The notes below the pieces were generated by a model. It ran no database searches. It was not told where the DNA came from and saw only the letters and a list, made by a program, of their open reading frames with translations. Shown in pieces: positions 1 through 7,780 of a DNA stretch of 12,202 nucleotides. Source of the stretch: a virus. Lineage: Duplodnaviria; Heunggongvirae; Uroviricota; Caudoviricetes. The DNA lies in IMG/VR virus record IMGVR_UViG_2703718823_000004. One strand, 5' to 3'. Both the position numbers and the translations under genes were made by a program. Position 1 is the stretch's first letter. Every line of letters starts with the position of its first letter.

Positions 1-720
1 CTTCCCGAAGGCTTCAGCGACTTTATCTACCTCCACACCGGATGCAGACGCAAAACGCGCGACACTCTGGTTAATGGCATCAAACTGTTCACCACCACGC
101 ACACCGGCATTCACCAGGGCTGCCAGTGACTCTCTCGCCTGGTTAAACGTCAGCCCTGCTGCCTGCCCGGCTCTTGAGAGCGTCAGCATACGATCGGCAG
201 TCAGTCCGGCCTGATTGCCGGAAAGGACCAGCGTTTTATTAAATTCTGAAAGCGTGGCGTCGCCCTGGTACCAGGCGTACGCCAGCACACCTGTCGCCAC
301 CGCCAGCGAGGTGACCCCGACCATCGGCAGGGTGATCGCACCGGCAAGCCCCCTGAACATGGGGATCATCCCGCCGAAGGAGTCCTTCACCTGACCACCC
401 TGTTGCAGCAGGATCAGCCAGGGATTCTGACCACCGGCAAGCTGCGTGGCGATATCCGTAAACTGTGCGGGCAGGGTTCGCATGGCCGCTTTATACTGTC
501 CGACGGAAATCCCGGCTTTTTGTGCAGCCAGCGCCTGACGGCTCAGCCCCTGCTCAACAGCAGCGGCCTGTTTCTTAAAAGACTGGCTGACACGCCCGGC
601 CATCAAATCCGCAAGGTCACTGGTTTCACCCAGTTCTTTCTTTACCCGTGCAGCCTCTTCAGAAAAACGGGTTGAATCCAGTGTAAGAACAGCTGTCAGA
701 TCGGCAAAATTACCCGCCAT
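1..720 (-). CDS. H: Tail tape measure protein, gpH-like; N-terminal 240 codons only, 3' end beyond window start
   Basis: ATG at 720-718 preceded by a GGGGG Shine-Dalgarno; frame stays open to position 1. Translation MAGNFADLTAVLTLDSTRFSEEAARVKKELG...AAVEQGLSRQALAAQKAGISVGQYKAAMRTLPAQFTDIATQLAGGQNPWLILLQQGGQVKDSFGGMIPMFRGLAGAITLP matches my memory of the lambda gpH N-terminus. Not in the ORF track because no stop lies inside the window. Confidence 0.9.
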   Translation of the reverse strand, partial: MAGNFADLTAVLTLDSTRFSEEAARVKKELGETSDLADLMAGRVSQSFKKQAAAVEQGLSRQALAAQKAGISVGQYKAAMRTLPAQFTDIATQLAGGQNPWLILLQQGGQVKDSFGGMIPMFRGLAGAITLPMVGVTSLAVATGVLAYAWYQGDATLSEFNKTLVLSGNQAGLTADRMLTLSRAGQAAGLTFNQARESLAALVNAGVRGGEQFDAINQSVARFASASGVEVDKVAEAFGK

Positions 721-811
721 AGCGTACACCCCCTGGAATTCCCTCAGACACCATCATCAGCATGGCTTCATCCTCTGTACTGCTCCGCATGTCATCACTG
801 ACCATAACGAT

Positions 812-1572
812 TTACTTCCCGTCAGCCCCAAAGCGGACACCACCAGAAAGACCTGCCGCTTTCCGCATCAGCATATCGTCCTCATCCGGCATCTCCGTCT
901 GCTCATCATCACGTCGGGATGCCAGCAGACTGAAATCAGAGGGATGCATATCCGGATCGCAAAAAAACAGGCTGAGTACAGCGTACGTCAGCCCGGAAAA
1001 ATGCATATCCAGCTGGGTATCCTGAAAATAATGCGTGCGGTAAAAACGGTGCCAGTCGGCATATTCGGTGGATGTCATCCCGGCAAGCATGGCGCGCCAG
1101 TCGGGTCTCCCCATCTCACGCGCCAGTCTGAGGGCAAAATTCAGCTCGCCGTCGAAGGCTTTCCCGCAGAAAAATCATCATCAGTAAGCGCGTTATTTTT
1201 CGCCACTTCAGTAATATCAGTATCCGGACGAACAGCTTCGATCATCCCGGACAGGCACAACACCACGTCTTCCGCCCGGGCAATGGCATCGGCAGGCCAG
1301 GTGGTGAGCACTTCCTGCTCTATCTTCATCACGGCCTCATTCATTGACGGTGACTGCGTTTTCTGTGGATGGTTATGCCACAGGGACATCGCCACCAGAA
1401 ACGCGCCGGTTCTGACAAGATCTTCCACACTCACCTGCAGGTTGCCGGTGGCTTCAGCCTCTTCTGCCCGCCGTTTCAGGAGGGCAAGATGCTCAATACG
1501 CTGCAGCGCAGACAGCTCCGAAAGCGTGACAGACACACCGTTATATTCAAATTGTTCTGTTTTAAGAAACAT
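812..1572 (-). CDS. T: Tail assembly chaperone G-T fusion made by -1 programmed ribosomal frameshift; the T segment has no start of its own
   Basis: Minus strand reads GCG GGA AAG CCT near the end of G, containing the lambda slippery heptamer G GGA AAG (plus 1159..1165). The -1 frame from there is open to the stop at 812-814 and reads GKAFDGELNFALRLAREMGRPDWRAMLAGMTSTEYADWHRFYRTHYFQDTQLDMHFSGL..., which contains track ORF 812..1114. Confidence 0.8.
1141..1572 (-). CDS. G: Tail assembly chaperone gpG
   Basis: Track ORF 1141..1590 begins at a GTG. The likely start is the ATG at 1572 (MFLKTEQFEYNGVSVTLSELSALQRIEHLAL...), 6 nt after an AGGAGA Shine-Dalgarno, and matches the lambda gpG N-terminus MFLKTE. 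C-terminus ...SAGKPSTAS. Confidence 0.9.
   Translation of the reverse strand: MFLKTEQFEYNGVSVTLSELSALQRIEHLALLKRRAEEAEATGNLQVSVEDLVRTGAFLVAMSLWHNHPQKTQSPSMNEAVMKIEQEVLTTWPADAIARAEDVVLCLSGMIEAVRPDTDITEVAKNNALTDDDFSAGKPSTAS
1159..1165 (-). other. Slippery heptamer G GGA AAG (-1 frameshift site for G-T)
   Basis: Exact heptamer seen 6 codons before the G stop; same position and sequence as the lambda G/T recoding site as I recall it. Confidence 0.8.
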
Positions 1573-1593
1573 GCGTGTTCTCCTAAACACCCG

Positions 1594-2340
1594 TTACGCG
1601 GCAGGGACATTAACGGTTACTGTCGCCAGAGCGACAAAATTACCGTTATCACTCATGACCACGACCGACGTTGTTCCTTTCTCAAGTGCGTTTACCGTCA
1701 CTGTGTTCTCCTTCAACGTGGCTGTGGCCACCGCACGATGCACGGTCGACACCCTTAATGAAGGATCAGACGCATTATCCGGCAACACAGCCACAGTAAG
1801 TGTGCCTGCCTTCCCTTTTTCTAGGGTCAGGGTTTCCGGTTTAATGGTCACACCGGAAACCGGCGTAATTTTAGTGAGATTTTCAGCCATCGACGGGCGT
1901 CCCACATTGGTAACTTTCACCGTTCTGGTGATCACTTCCTTCGCCGTCACGGCCTTACCGATACTGCTGACCCAGCCACTGAACACATCCACCGTACCAT
2001 TCGGGAACCGGATTTTATAGGCCCTGACATCCCCGCTTTCAAACCATGCGATAAGCCCTTTCTGACCTTCCTCACCCGGTTTCCAGGCCAGCGTAAAACT
2101 GGTATCACCTGCAGATTTCTGTCCCTGCCCGGTCGCGGTCCAGTCCGCGTCTTCATCATCCAGGTAGTTATCGTCGTAGGGTTCAGCCGTCATCTCGCCC
2201 GGCGTCAGATCCTTCACCTTAGCCAGTCGCTGCCAGTCATCGTCTGACAACGGGTTTGCATAAGCATCAGCCTTGCCGTTGTAAACCCACAGAGTGGTAC
2301 CGGCACCTTTTACCGGCTCCAGGGGATTTGGTGTTGCCAT
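1594..2340 (-). CDS. V: Major tail protein gpV with C-terminal Ig-like domain
   Basis: 248 aa, ATG at 2340 with a GAGGA Shine-Dalgarno. [49 protein letters not shown]...[25 protein letters not shown]...[48 protein letters not shown] is near-identical to my memory of lambda gpV; the C-terminal ~90 aa are Thr/Val-rich like a Big_2 Ig-like domain. Confidence 0.95.
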   Translation of the reverse strand: MATPNPLEPVKGAGTTLWVYNGKADAYANPLSDDDWQRLAKVKDLTPGEMTAEPYDDNYLDDEDADWTATGQGQKSAGDTSFTLAWKPGEEGQKGLIAWFESGDVRAYKIRFPNGTVDVFSGWVSSIGKAVTAKEVITRTVKVTNVGRPSMAENLTKITPVSGVTIKPETLTLEKGKAGTLTVAVLPDNASDPSLRVSTVHRAVATATLKENTVTVNALEKGTTSVVVMSDNGNFVALATVTVNVPAA

Positions 2341-2347
2341 ATCGTCC

Positions 2348-2746
2348 TCACATCTCGTAGGTAATTTTCCACAGGAGATCTGCCGATCCCCACATCATAA
2401 ACTCATCATCCCGGCGGTAGTCATACCCCTGAAGATTCATCTTCAGCAGTAACGCACTGAGGCCAGGAACCGCCTCCAGCGCAGGAAGGATTTTCTCTTC
2501 CATCCACATATCCAGTGCCGAGTCCGGTTCTTTTGCCCTGAGAAAAACTTCAATATGCAGTGTCGCCTCCCAGGTCCCCTCATCAACGAACTCGTCAGCA
2601 GCAGACGCATCAGTCAGGTAAACAGCAACAGCAGGCAGTTCCTGTTCATCAATAAAAACCGGGCGGCCGTCAAACCAGCTCACCCGCTCAGAAATATTGT
2701 CTTTCAGGGCAGACAGAACTGCCGCCCGTATTTCACGGTGTTTCAT
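2348..2746 (-). CDS. U: Tail terminator protein gpU
   Basis: 132 aa, ATG at 2746 with a GGGAGGG Shine-Dalgarno. [17 protein letters not shown]...FDGRP...AVAVYLTDA...[10 protein letters not shown]...[11 protein letters not shown]...[10 protein letters not shown]...ITYEM parallels lambda gpU (131 aa, MKHTELRAAVLDAL...ITYEM). Confidence 0.93.
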   Translation of the reverse strand: MKHREIRAAVLSALKDNISERVSWFDGRPVFIDEQELPAVAVYLTDASAADEFVDEGTWEATLHIEVFLRAKEPDSALDMWMEEKILPALEAVPGLSALLLKMNLQGYDYRRDDEFMMWGSADLLWKITYEM

Positions 2747-2758
2747 ACACCCTCCCTG

Positions 2759-3388
2759 TCATTTTCTTTTCAGCACCAGGCGTAACTGATGCGTCATGGC
2801 TTTCATCATCTGCACTGGTAATTTTTCCCGGTACATCCGATCCCGTTCACGTTCAAAGGTTTCTGCCAGCGGTCCGGCAGTCGGAATTTTCACCACTTCA
2901 ATCGGCAGACGGTGGCGTTTCGGCCTCCCTTTGCTGTCAGCGCCGGTGGACGATGGTGCCCACGGCATACGCTGCATCACATGCCAGCGTCCGTTAGCCA
3001 GCCGGGTGATAAAGGCGTCCGGGATCCGTCTTTTCCCCACAATCAGCACACTGCCGCCCCCTTTCAGGGCCGCACGCTGTCCTTTCTTTCTCCGTTTTCT
3101 GCGGGAAAGTCGAACGCGGGCCTCCCCCAGTTTGATGGCGGGCAGGTTGCCGGTATTGATGTAAACCTTTGCGTAAACCTTATCCGGTCGTGCCGGACTT
3201 AACCGGATGCGGGCACGGATAAGGCGACGGGGAACGGCCAGCTCCCTGGCAACTGAAGTGGCTGTTTTCGCAATGATGGCCCCCGCCACGCGGTTCAGTG
3301 TCGTGGCAGAGGCCCGGGGAACGGCACGGCGGTCAATTGCATCCAGATTTTTCATGGCCTGCGCCAGACCTTTTATTGCCATACTCAT
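2759..3388 (-). CDS. Z: Tail completion protein gpZ
   Basis: MSMAIKGLAQAMKNL...LNRVAG...VARE...NTGNLPAIKLGEARVRLSRRKRRKKGQRAALKGGGSVLIVGKRRIPDAFITRLANGRWHVMQRM... matches the lambda gpZ pattern (MAIKGL...KLGNARV.LSRRRRRKKGQR...KGGGSVL.VG.RRIPGAF...NGRWHVMQR). The ATG at 3388 overlaps the upstream stop (ATGA); the ATG at 3382 (MAIKGL) has better AGGA spacing and may be the true start. Confidence 0.9.
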   Translation of the reverse strand: MSMAIKGLAQAMKNLDAIDRRAVPRASATTLNRVAGAIIAKTATSVARELAVPRRLIRARIRLSPARPDKVYAKVYINTGNLPAIKLGEARVRLSRRKRRKKGQRAALKGGGSVLIVGKRRIPDAFITRLANGRWHVMQRMPWAPSSTGADSKGRPKRHRLPIEVVKIPTAGPLAETFERERDRMYREKLPVQMMKAMTHQLRLVLKRK

Positions 3389-3666
3389 TCCTGTTCGACA
3401 AAAATCCGGGGTTTACCGTTGTACGTGTCATAACGGGTCACCGTCAGTGTACGGCCCTCAAACACAACAACATCATGACGGGCCGGACGGTACCGGGCTG
3501 AAAACACCACCAGTGACAACTGGCTGCCCGAAAGCGCCCCCATCTCCGCGGACTCTTCCTCCGGCATCACGTCATACACGACGCCGTTAATCTCCGCCTG
3601 TTTGCCCATCACCCGAACGGTCGCCCCGTCCATCCGGCAACACATTCGCGTAAACAGATCAGACAT
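3385..3666 (-). CDS. Putative head-tail joining / head completion protein (lambda FII position)
   Basis: 93-aa ORF whose start and stop are each coupled to the neighbouring gene (8-nt overlap upstream, ATGA downstream). Sits where FII does in lambda, with loose resemblance to it; function assigned mainly by position. Confidence 0.7.
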   Translation of the reverse strand: MSDLFTRMCCRMDGATVRVMGKQAEINGVVYDVMPEEESAEMGALSGSQLSLVVFSARYRPARHDVVVFEGRTLTVTRYDTYNGKPRIFVEQE

Positions 3667-3985
3667 TGATTTTTACCGCCACAGTGGCGCTGTTTGCAGG
3701 AGCATTTTCCCAGGCTACCCCCGCTGCCACCGCACCGTCTGCAGCCAGCTGCACAACCCCGTCCTTCAGATAAACCACCGAGCCGGACTGAATGTCGTCA
3801 GCAGACTGTTTGGGCAGCAGGAACACGCCTTCGGCAAAACCGTCACCTGCATCACCGGCAGGAATATCGGTAATGGCCACGACCACCATACTGCCGACCA
3901 CCACCGCAGCACCGCTCAGGATGGTCTGATCTCCGGCATTCACCAGTTCAATGGTGGTACCGTCCTGTACAAAATTTTTCGCCAT
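3659..3985 (-). CDS. Small Ala/Gly/Val-rich head-associated protein, DUF2190-like (possible capsid decoration protein)
   Basis: 108 aa, MAKNFVQDGTTIELVNAGDQ...GVFLLPKQ...; ATG at 3985 with a GGAGA Shine-Dalgarno. Composition and N-terminal MAKN.VQ.G motif resemble the small DUF2190 proteins I remember next to major capsid genes; family assignment is from memory and unverified. Confidence 0.75.
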   Translation of the reverse strand: MAKNFVQDGTTIELVNAGDQTILSGAAVVVGSMVVVAITDIPAGDAGDGFAEGVFLLPKQSADDIQSGSVVYLKDGVVQLAADGAVAAGVAWENAPANSATVAVKINV

Positions 3986-4001
3986 AATGCTGTTTCTCCG
4001 G

Positions 4002-4025
4002 ACAGCCCCTGTGGGGCTGTTTTTC
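4002..4025 (+). terminator. Hairpin plus T-run; intrinsic-terminator-like on the plus strand
   Basis: ACAGCCCC (4002-4009), loop TGT, GGGGCTGT (4013-4020): a perfect 8-bp stem followed directly by TTTTTC on the plus strand. Confidence 0.5.
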
Positions 4026-4031
4026 AGGCAT

Positions 4032-4050
4032 AAAAAAAGCCCTTTCGGGC
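4032..4050 (-). terminator. Hairpin plus U7; intrinsic-terminator-like on the minus strand just after the capsid gene stop
   Basis: Minus strand reads GCCC-GAAA-GGGC followed by TTTTTTT (complement of plus A 4032-4038), about 20 nt after the capsid stop at 4073-4075. The stem is only 4 bp (GAAA tetraloop), so likely a partial terminator at best. Confidence 0.45.
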
Positions 4051-4072
4051 AGTGATTGTGATAACTCGGTTA

Positions 4073-6097
4073 TCAGGCCACCGACGAACGCACCAGCCCG
4101 CGCCAGTCAAGTGGTGCCACTCCGGCATCAATACGGATTTTTGTGGCAATGCCGTCAGTAGTGAAACCTTCCTGCTGATCAATGTATGGAGTGTCCACAC
4201 CATCCAGCCAGGCCACTTCAATGGTGTCAGTGCCCTGTGCCGCCGCCAGATACCAGGTTTTCGGATCTGCCGCATCAAGACGCGCTTCTGCAATCACCTC
4301 AGCAAAGTTCTGGATGGGGTTAATGACACCGGCGTTTGCATCCGCCCCTTTCACACTGGCCGATTTGATGGTCTGGTTCGCCACCGTCTCCAGTGCCACC
4401 GGTACCAGCATAAAGGCCGGACGGATATTCAGGGCGCGATCGCCTTCTTTCTGCAGGCGCATCATCTGACGGGCCGCATCCAGTCCGGAAACGGAAATCC
4501 CACCGGTGGCAATATTTTTGTGATCGGCATGGAACAGCGCCTTACCGTCTGACAGTTTCGGGTTATCCGTCAGCACCTTGTAAACCAGGTCACCAATCGT
4601 TGCCTTCGCCGCACGCCCCATCTTCATCGGCACGTCCACCAGCATATTCAGATCATCATTGATAATGGCCTGGCGGGTGATGGAGAAAATCTCCCCGTAA
4701 GTGGCCAGTGCAATGGTCTCCTTGCGATCTGAGGTGGTGATGTATTTATACTCCGCCCCCTCACGAACCTGGCGCAGAGAACCAAAACCGCCCATCCCCA
4801 CGCGATACGCTGTTTTGAAGTCTGACAGGCGTCCCTTACGGGTCCACTTCTGGAAGGTTTCTTCTGATTCCTCCCAGCCCTGGATCAGCCCCTTGTTCGA
4901 CACATCCAGCAGAATATTGCCAAAATCAGAGGTGCTGTGCGTCAGCGCCAGCCCGACCATCTGCATGGGGTTATAACTGGCCACCCCAATACCGCGCTCC
5001 GTCAGTGACATGCGAGCCCATTCACGCAGGGTCATCCCGTTATAGGCGTTATCCTTCTCGACATTTTCAAATCCGGCACGGGCCAGCATCGCCTGGCGGA
5101 TCCCGTCCCCCACAAAATTGCCGTTTCCGGCATAAATATGGGCCGGTGTGTTTTTGTTGGTCGGCGAGGACTCCTTGCCCATTTCATTCAGCAGACGTTC
5201 ACGGGCCATTTCCAGCGAACAGTCAGGATCAGCCACACACTGCGCCTGAAGCGCCTGATAGCGACCGCCAAACATGGCAAACAGATCGTTAATGCCTGAC
5301 ATGCGGGCTTTCTGCTCAGCCATAACACGGGCGCGAATGGTCGCCTCATCAGACACTGCCGGTACCGGTGATGGTTCTGTTACCGCCGGTGCAGGGATTG
5401 TCACTGTGGTATCACGCGGGGCACTGTTGTATGGCTGCGTGATCATATTTCGGATGGATTCCGGCATCTTTTTAAATTCCTCTGTACGTTTTGACTGAAT
5501 ACATGCCATTGTCTTAACGGCTGGCGTCACCTGGTCTGCAAATCCGTGTGCCAGACACTCGGCACCGGACATCCAGGTCTCATCCGCCAGCATGGCGGCA
5601 ATTTCATCGGTAGTTTTTCCGGTTTTCTGCGCATATACCGGCACCATAACCGACTCAAGTTTGTCCAGACGTTCGGCATAAGTGCGCATTTTCTCCGCAT
5701 CACCACCGCTGATCCCCCAGGGTTTATGGATCATCATGAAGGCATTTTCCGGCATAATGACCGTGTCACCGGCCATCGCAATCAGGGATGCCATCGAGGC
5801 GGCAACGCCATCCACATACACGGTAATGGCCGCACCGTGATTTTTCAGGGCATTAAAAATGGCGATGCCTTCAAAGACATCGCCACCCGGTGAGTTGATG
5901 TGGAGATTAATGTGGGTGATATCACCCAGGGCATTCATATCGCTGACAAACTGCTTCGCGGTAACTCCCCAGAAACCAATCTCGTCATAAATATAAATAT
6001 CCGCCTCACCCTGACCACCCGCCTGCATCCTGAACCAGGATTTATTCTTCATGCTGGCTGTCGGTGGCCTGCTGACGCTGTTGTTCAGTTCCGGCAC
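4073..6097 (-). CDS. Fused prohead protease (ClpP/S14-like) - scaffold-like linker - major capsid protein (HK97-fold-like)
   Basis: One continuous frame. N-terminal part has ClpP motifs (IYIYDEIGFWG, INSPGGDVFEG, GVAASMASLIAMAGD, MMIHKPWG; compare E. coli ClpP AASMGAFLL and MIHQP). A Pro/Ala/Gln-rich middle follows, then a C-terminal ~400-aa capsid-like domain. Track start 6244 is a GTG about 200 nt inside the portal gene. I place the start at the GTG at 6097, 5 nt after AAGGAGG; the ATG at 6052 (MKNKSWF...) is the alternative. Confidence 0.88.
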   Translation of the reverse strand: MPELNNSVSRPPTASMKNKSWFRMQAGGQGEADIYIYDEIGFWGVTAKQFVSDMNALGDITHINLHINSPGGDVFEGIAIFNALKNHGAAITVYVDGVAASMASLIAMAGDTVIMPENAFMMIHKPWGISGGDAEKMRTYAERLDKLESVMVPVYAQKTGKTTDEIAAMLADETWMSGAECLAHGFADQVTPAVKTMACIQSKRTEEFKKMPESIRNMITQPYNSAPRDTTVTIPAPAVTEPSPVPAVSDEATIRARVMAEQKARMSGINDLFAMFGGRYQALQAQCVADPDCSLEMARERLLNEMGKESSPTNKNTPAHIYAGNGNFVGDGIRQAMLARAGFENVEKDNAYNGMTLREWARMSLTERGIGVASYNPMQMVGLALTHSTSDFGNILLDVSNKGLIQGWEESEETFQKWTRKGRLSDFKTAYRVGMGGFGSLRQVREGAEYKYITTSDRKETIALATYGEIFSITRQAIINDDLNMLVDVPMKMGRAAKATIGDLVYKVLTDNPKLSDGKALFHADHKNIATGGISVSGLDAARQMMRLQKEGDRALNIRPAFMLVPVALETVANQTIKSASVKGADANAGVINPIQNFAEVIAEARLDAADPKTWYLAAAQGTDTIEVAWLDGVDTPYIDQQEGFTTDGIATKIRIDAGVAPLDWRGLVRSSVA

Positions 6098-7544
6098 TGT
6101 TGCCTCCTTTGTCGTTGACGGGGTCAGTATCAAAGACCAGCCCCAGTCTGCTGTTTTCATCAATTTCAGCCTTGCGGCGACGTTTGACCTCATCCGGATT
6201 GCGCCCGCCTGCACGCACCCAGTCAGATTCTGTCGCTGCACCACCCCGGATCTGAATTCTCCAGGCTTCAGCTTCCTTAACCGGGTCGATCCACGGCATC
6301 ACCGGACCGGAATACGTCGCGTTATATAGCGTTTTCATCTCCACATCCGCCGGAATTTTCAGCAGACCTGCCGCAACCACCATATTCAGCCATGTCCGGT
6401 ACACCGGGCGGGTTACCGCGCCAATAAAACAGTCCTGCAGGATCAGGTAACCATCCGTGGACTCGACCAGCTCCTGCCGCTGGGCACTGTAGGTGCCGTT
6501 ATAGTTACGCGCCGCACTGGAAAAACTCAGACGACTGCCAGCTGCCACTGCACGCAACTGGCCGTTGCGGAAAGTTTCAAGGTTGGGATTGGGACGGTCA
6601 GATTTGACCATGCCGATATCCTCGCCCTTGCGCAAATCGTCATAAATAATACCCGGGGTGATATGGACTTCCCGGTTGGTATCTTTGATCCCCGGATCTT
6701 CATAGTCCTGTCCGTCCCCTTTACGGATATACAGTCCCAGCGCCGCGGCAATACGCGCAGCCGTCAGTTCCGCATCCTCATATTCCTTAAGGGCACTGAT
6801 CCGCATCAGCACCCCCGATAACATGGATGAGCCTCGCGTCTGATGCAGACGGCGTATGAACTTCAGGTGGATCATTTTTCCGGCAGCGATTTCTTTCGTA
6901 TCACTCTGCCGACCGCTGACCGGATAATTTTTATAAACCAGATATTTTTTCGGTCTTCCCCACTCATCAAGAAAAACCCCCTGATTCAGCCCGGCGGATT
7001 CATCAGTGCGCATGGGAACAAAATCCGGCTCCATCGCCTCAAGCCAGAATGGCACTCCCGCCGTCCGTTCCAGACCGTTTCCCGCGCCACTGACCATCTG
7101 CGCAAACACTTCACCATCCCGCAGCCAGGTCCGCAGCAGTAAACGTTCAAGCACGGGACGGGTATACTGCCCTGTCACATCCGGACTCACGGACCATTCA
7201 GCCCACAACCGGCGGATATCCGCAGCCAGCTCTGCCGCCATTTCCCCGTTTTTTCGTAATGGCTGAGGCTCCACAATAATTCCCCTGGCACCAATCACCC
7301 GCTCTTCCAGCTTGTCAAACACACCAATCACCAGGTCATGATTGATATCCAGAAAACGGGCCTGCTCCCGCAGGGAAACCGCACCGTATTTACTGAGCTG
7401 ATCAGCAGAGCGATTTTCCCGCCGGGCTTTATGTGTCCGGGTCGGTTTCACCGCCTCATAGGCCATGATTAACGCCCTTGAACGCAGTCTGGCTGCTTTC
7501 CACCCGGGGGAAAACACGCCTATCACATCATCAATAATTGCCAT
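6042..7544 (-). CDS. B: Portal protein, gpB-like
   Basis: 500 aa, ATG at 7544 overlapping the W stop (TAATG). Size, position immediately after terminase and W, and overall similarity to lambda-family portal proteins as I remember them. Confidence 0.92.
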   Translation of the reverse strand: MAIIDDVIGVFSPGWKAARLRSRALIMAYEAVKPTRTHKARRENRSADQLSKYGAVSLREQARFLDINHDLVIGVFDKLEERVIGARGIIVEPQPLRKNGEMAAELAADIRRLWAEWSVSPDVTGQYTRPVLERLLLRTWLRDGEVFAQMVSGAGNGLERTAGVPFWLEAMEPDFVPMRTDESAGLNQGVFLDEWGRPKKYLVYKNYPVSGRQSDTKEIAAGKMIHLKFIRRLHQTRGSSMLSGVLMRISALKEYEDAELTAARIAAALGLYIRKGDGQDYEDPGIKDTNREVHITPGIIYDDLRKGEDIGMVKSDRPNPNLETFRNGQLRAVAAGSRLSFSSAARNYNGTYSAQRQELVESTDGYLILQDCFIGAVTRPVYRTWLNMVVAAGLLKIPADVEMKTLYNATYSGPVMPWIDPVKEAEAWRIQIRGGAATESDWVRAGGRNPDEVKRRRKAEIDENSRLGLVFDTDPVNDKGGNSAGTEQQRQQATDSQHEE

Positions 7545-7780
7545 TAAAACCTCGCCAGTTTAAATCCTGGTTTTCCCCGCCTGCGGCTCACCATCGCGGC
7601 AAGCCTGCGTTCCCACTCCTGACGTCCGGCGCGGATCTGAGAAAGGCTTTCCAGCGTCAGTTGCTGTCCGTTGAAGGTGACAGACTTCCCCTCAAGTACG
7701 GCCATTTCCGCTTCACGGTACCGCTGTATCATTTCTCTGGCTTCTTCTGTGCTCACAACCAGCCTCCTGATGTTATCCAT
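7544..7780 (-). CDS. W: Head-tail joining protein gpW
   Basis: 78 aa, MDNIRRLVVSTEEAREMIQRYREAEMAVLEGKSVTFNGQQLTLESLSQIRAGRQEWERRLAAMVSRRRGKPGFKLARF; the C-terminal RRRGKPGF resembles the lambda gpW C-terminus RRRGPAGF, and it lies between terminase and portal as in lambda. Confidence 0.85.
   Translation of the reverse strand: MDNIRRLVVSTEEAREMIQRYREAEMAVLEGKSVTFNGQQLTLESLSQIRAGRQEWERRLAAMVSRRRGKPGFKLARF

Noticed and set aside
403-675. 90-aa plus-strand ORF
   Set aside because: Antisense to the open gpH tape-measure frame; no independent support.
721-811. 91-bp gap between the T stop and the H start, containing a 31-codon acidic ORF (MVSDDMRSSTEDEAMLMMVSEGIPGGVRYGG)
   Set aside because: Too short and acidic to call, with no conserved features I recognise; more likely spacer carrying the H ribosome-binding site. 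Noted only because lambda T and H abut.
944-2020. 358-aa plus-strand ORF
   Set aside because: Lies entirely antisense to the well-supported V and G genes; Ser/Thr/Arg/Val-rich low-complexity translation typical of the reverse strand of a real gene; no ribosome-binding site.
6244-6244. GTG at 6244 as the start of the protease/capsid gene (longest-ORF start in the track)
   Set aside because: Would overlap about 200 nt of the portal gene and adds an N-terminal extension with no ribosome-binding site; internal starts at 6097 or 6052 are better supported.
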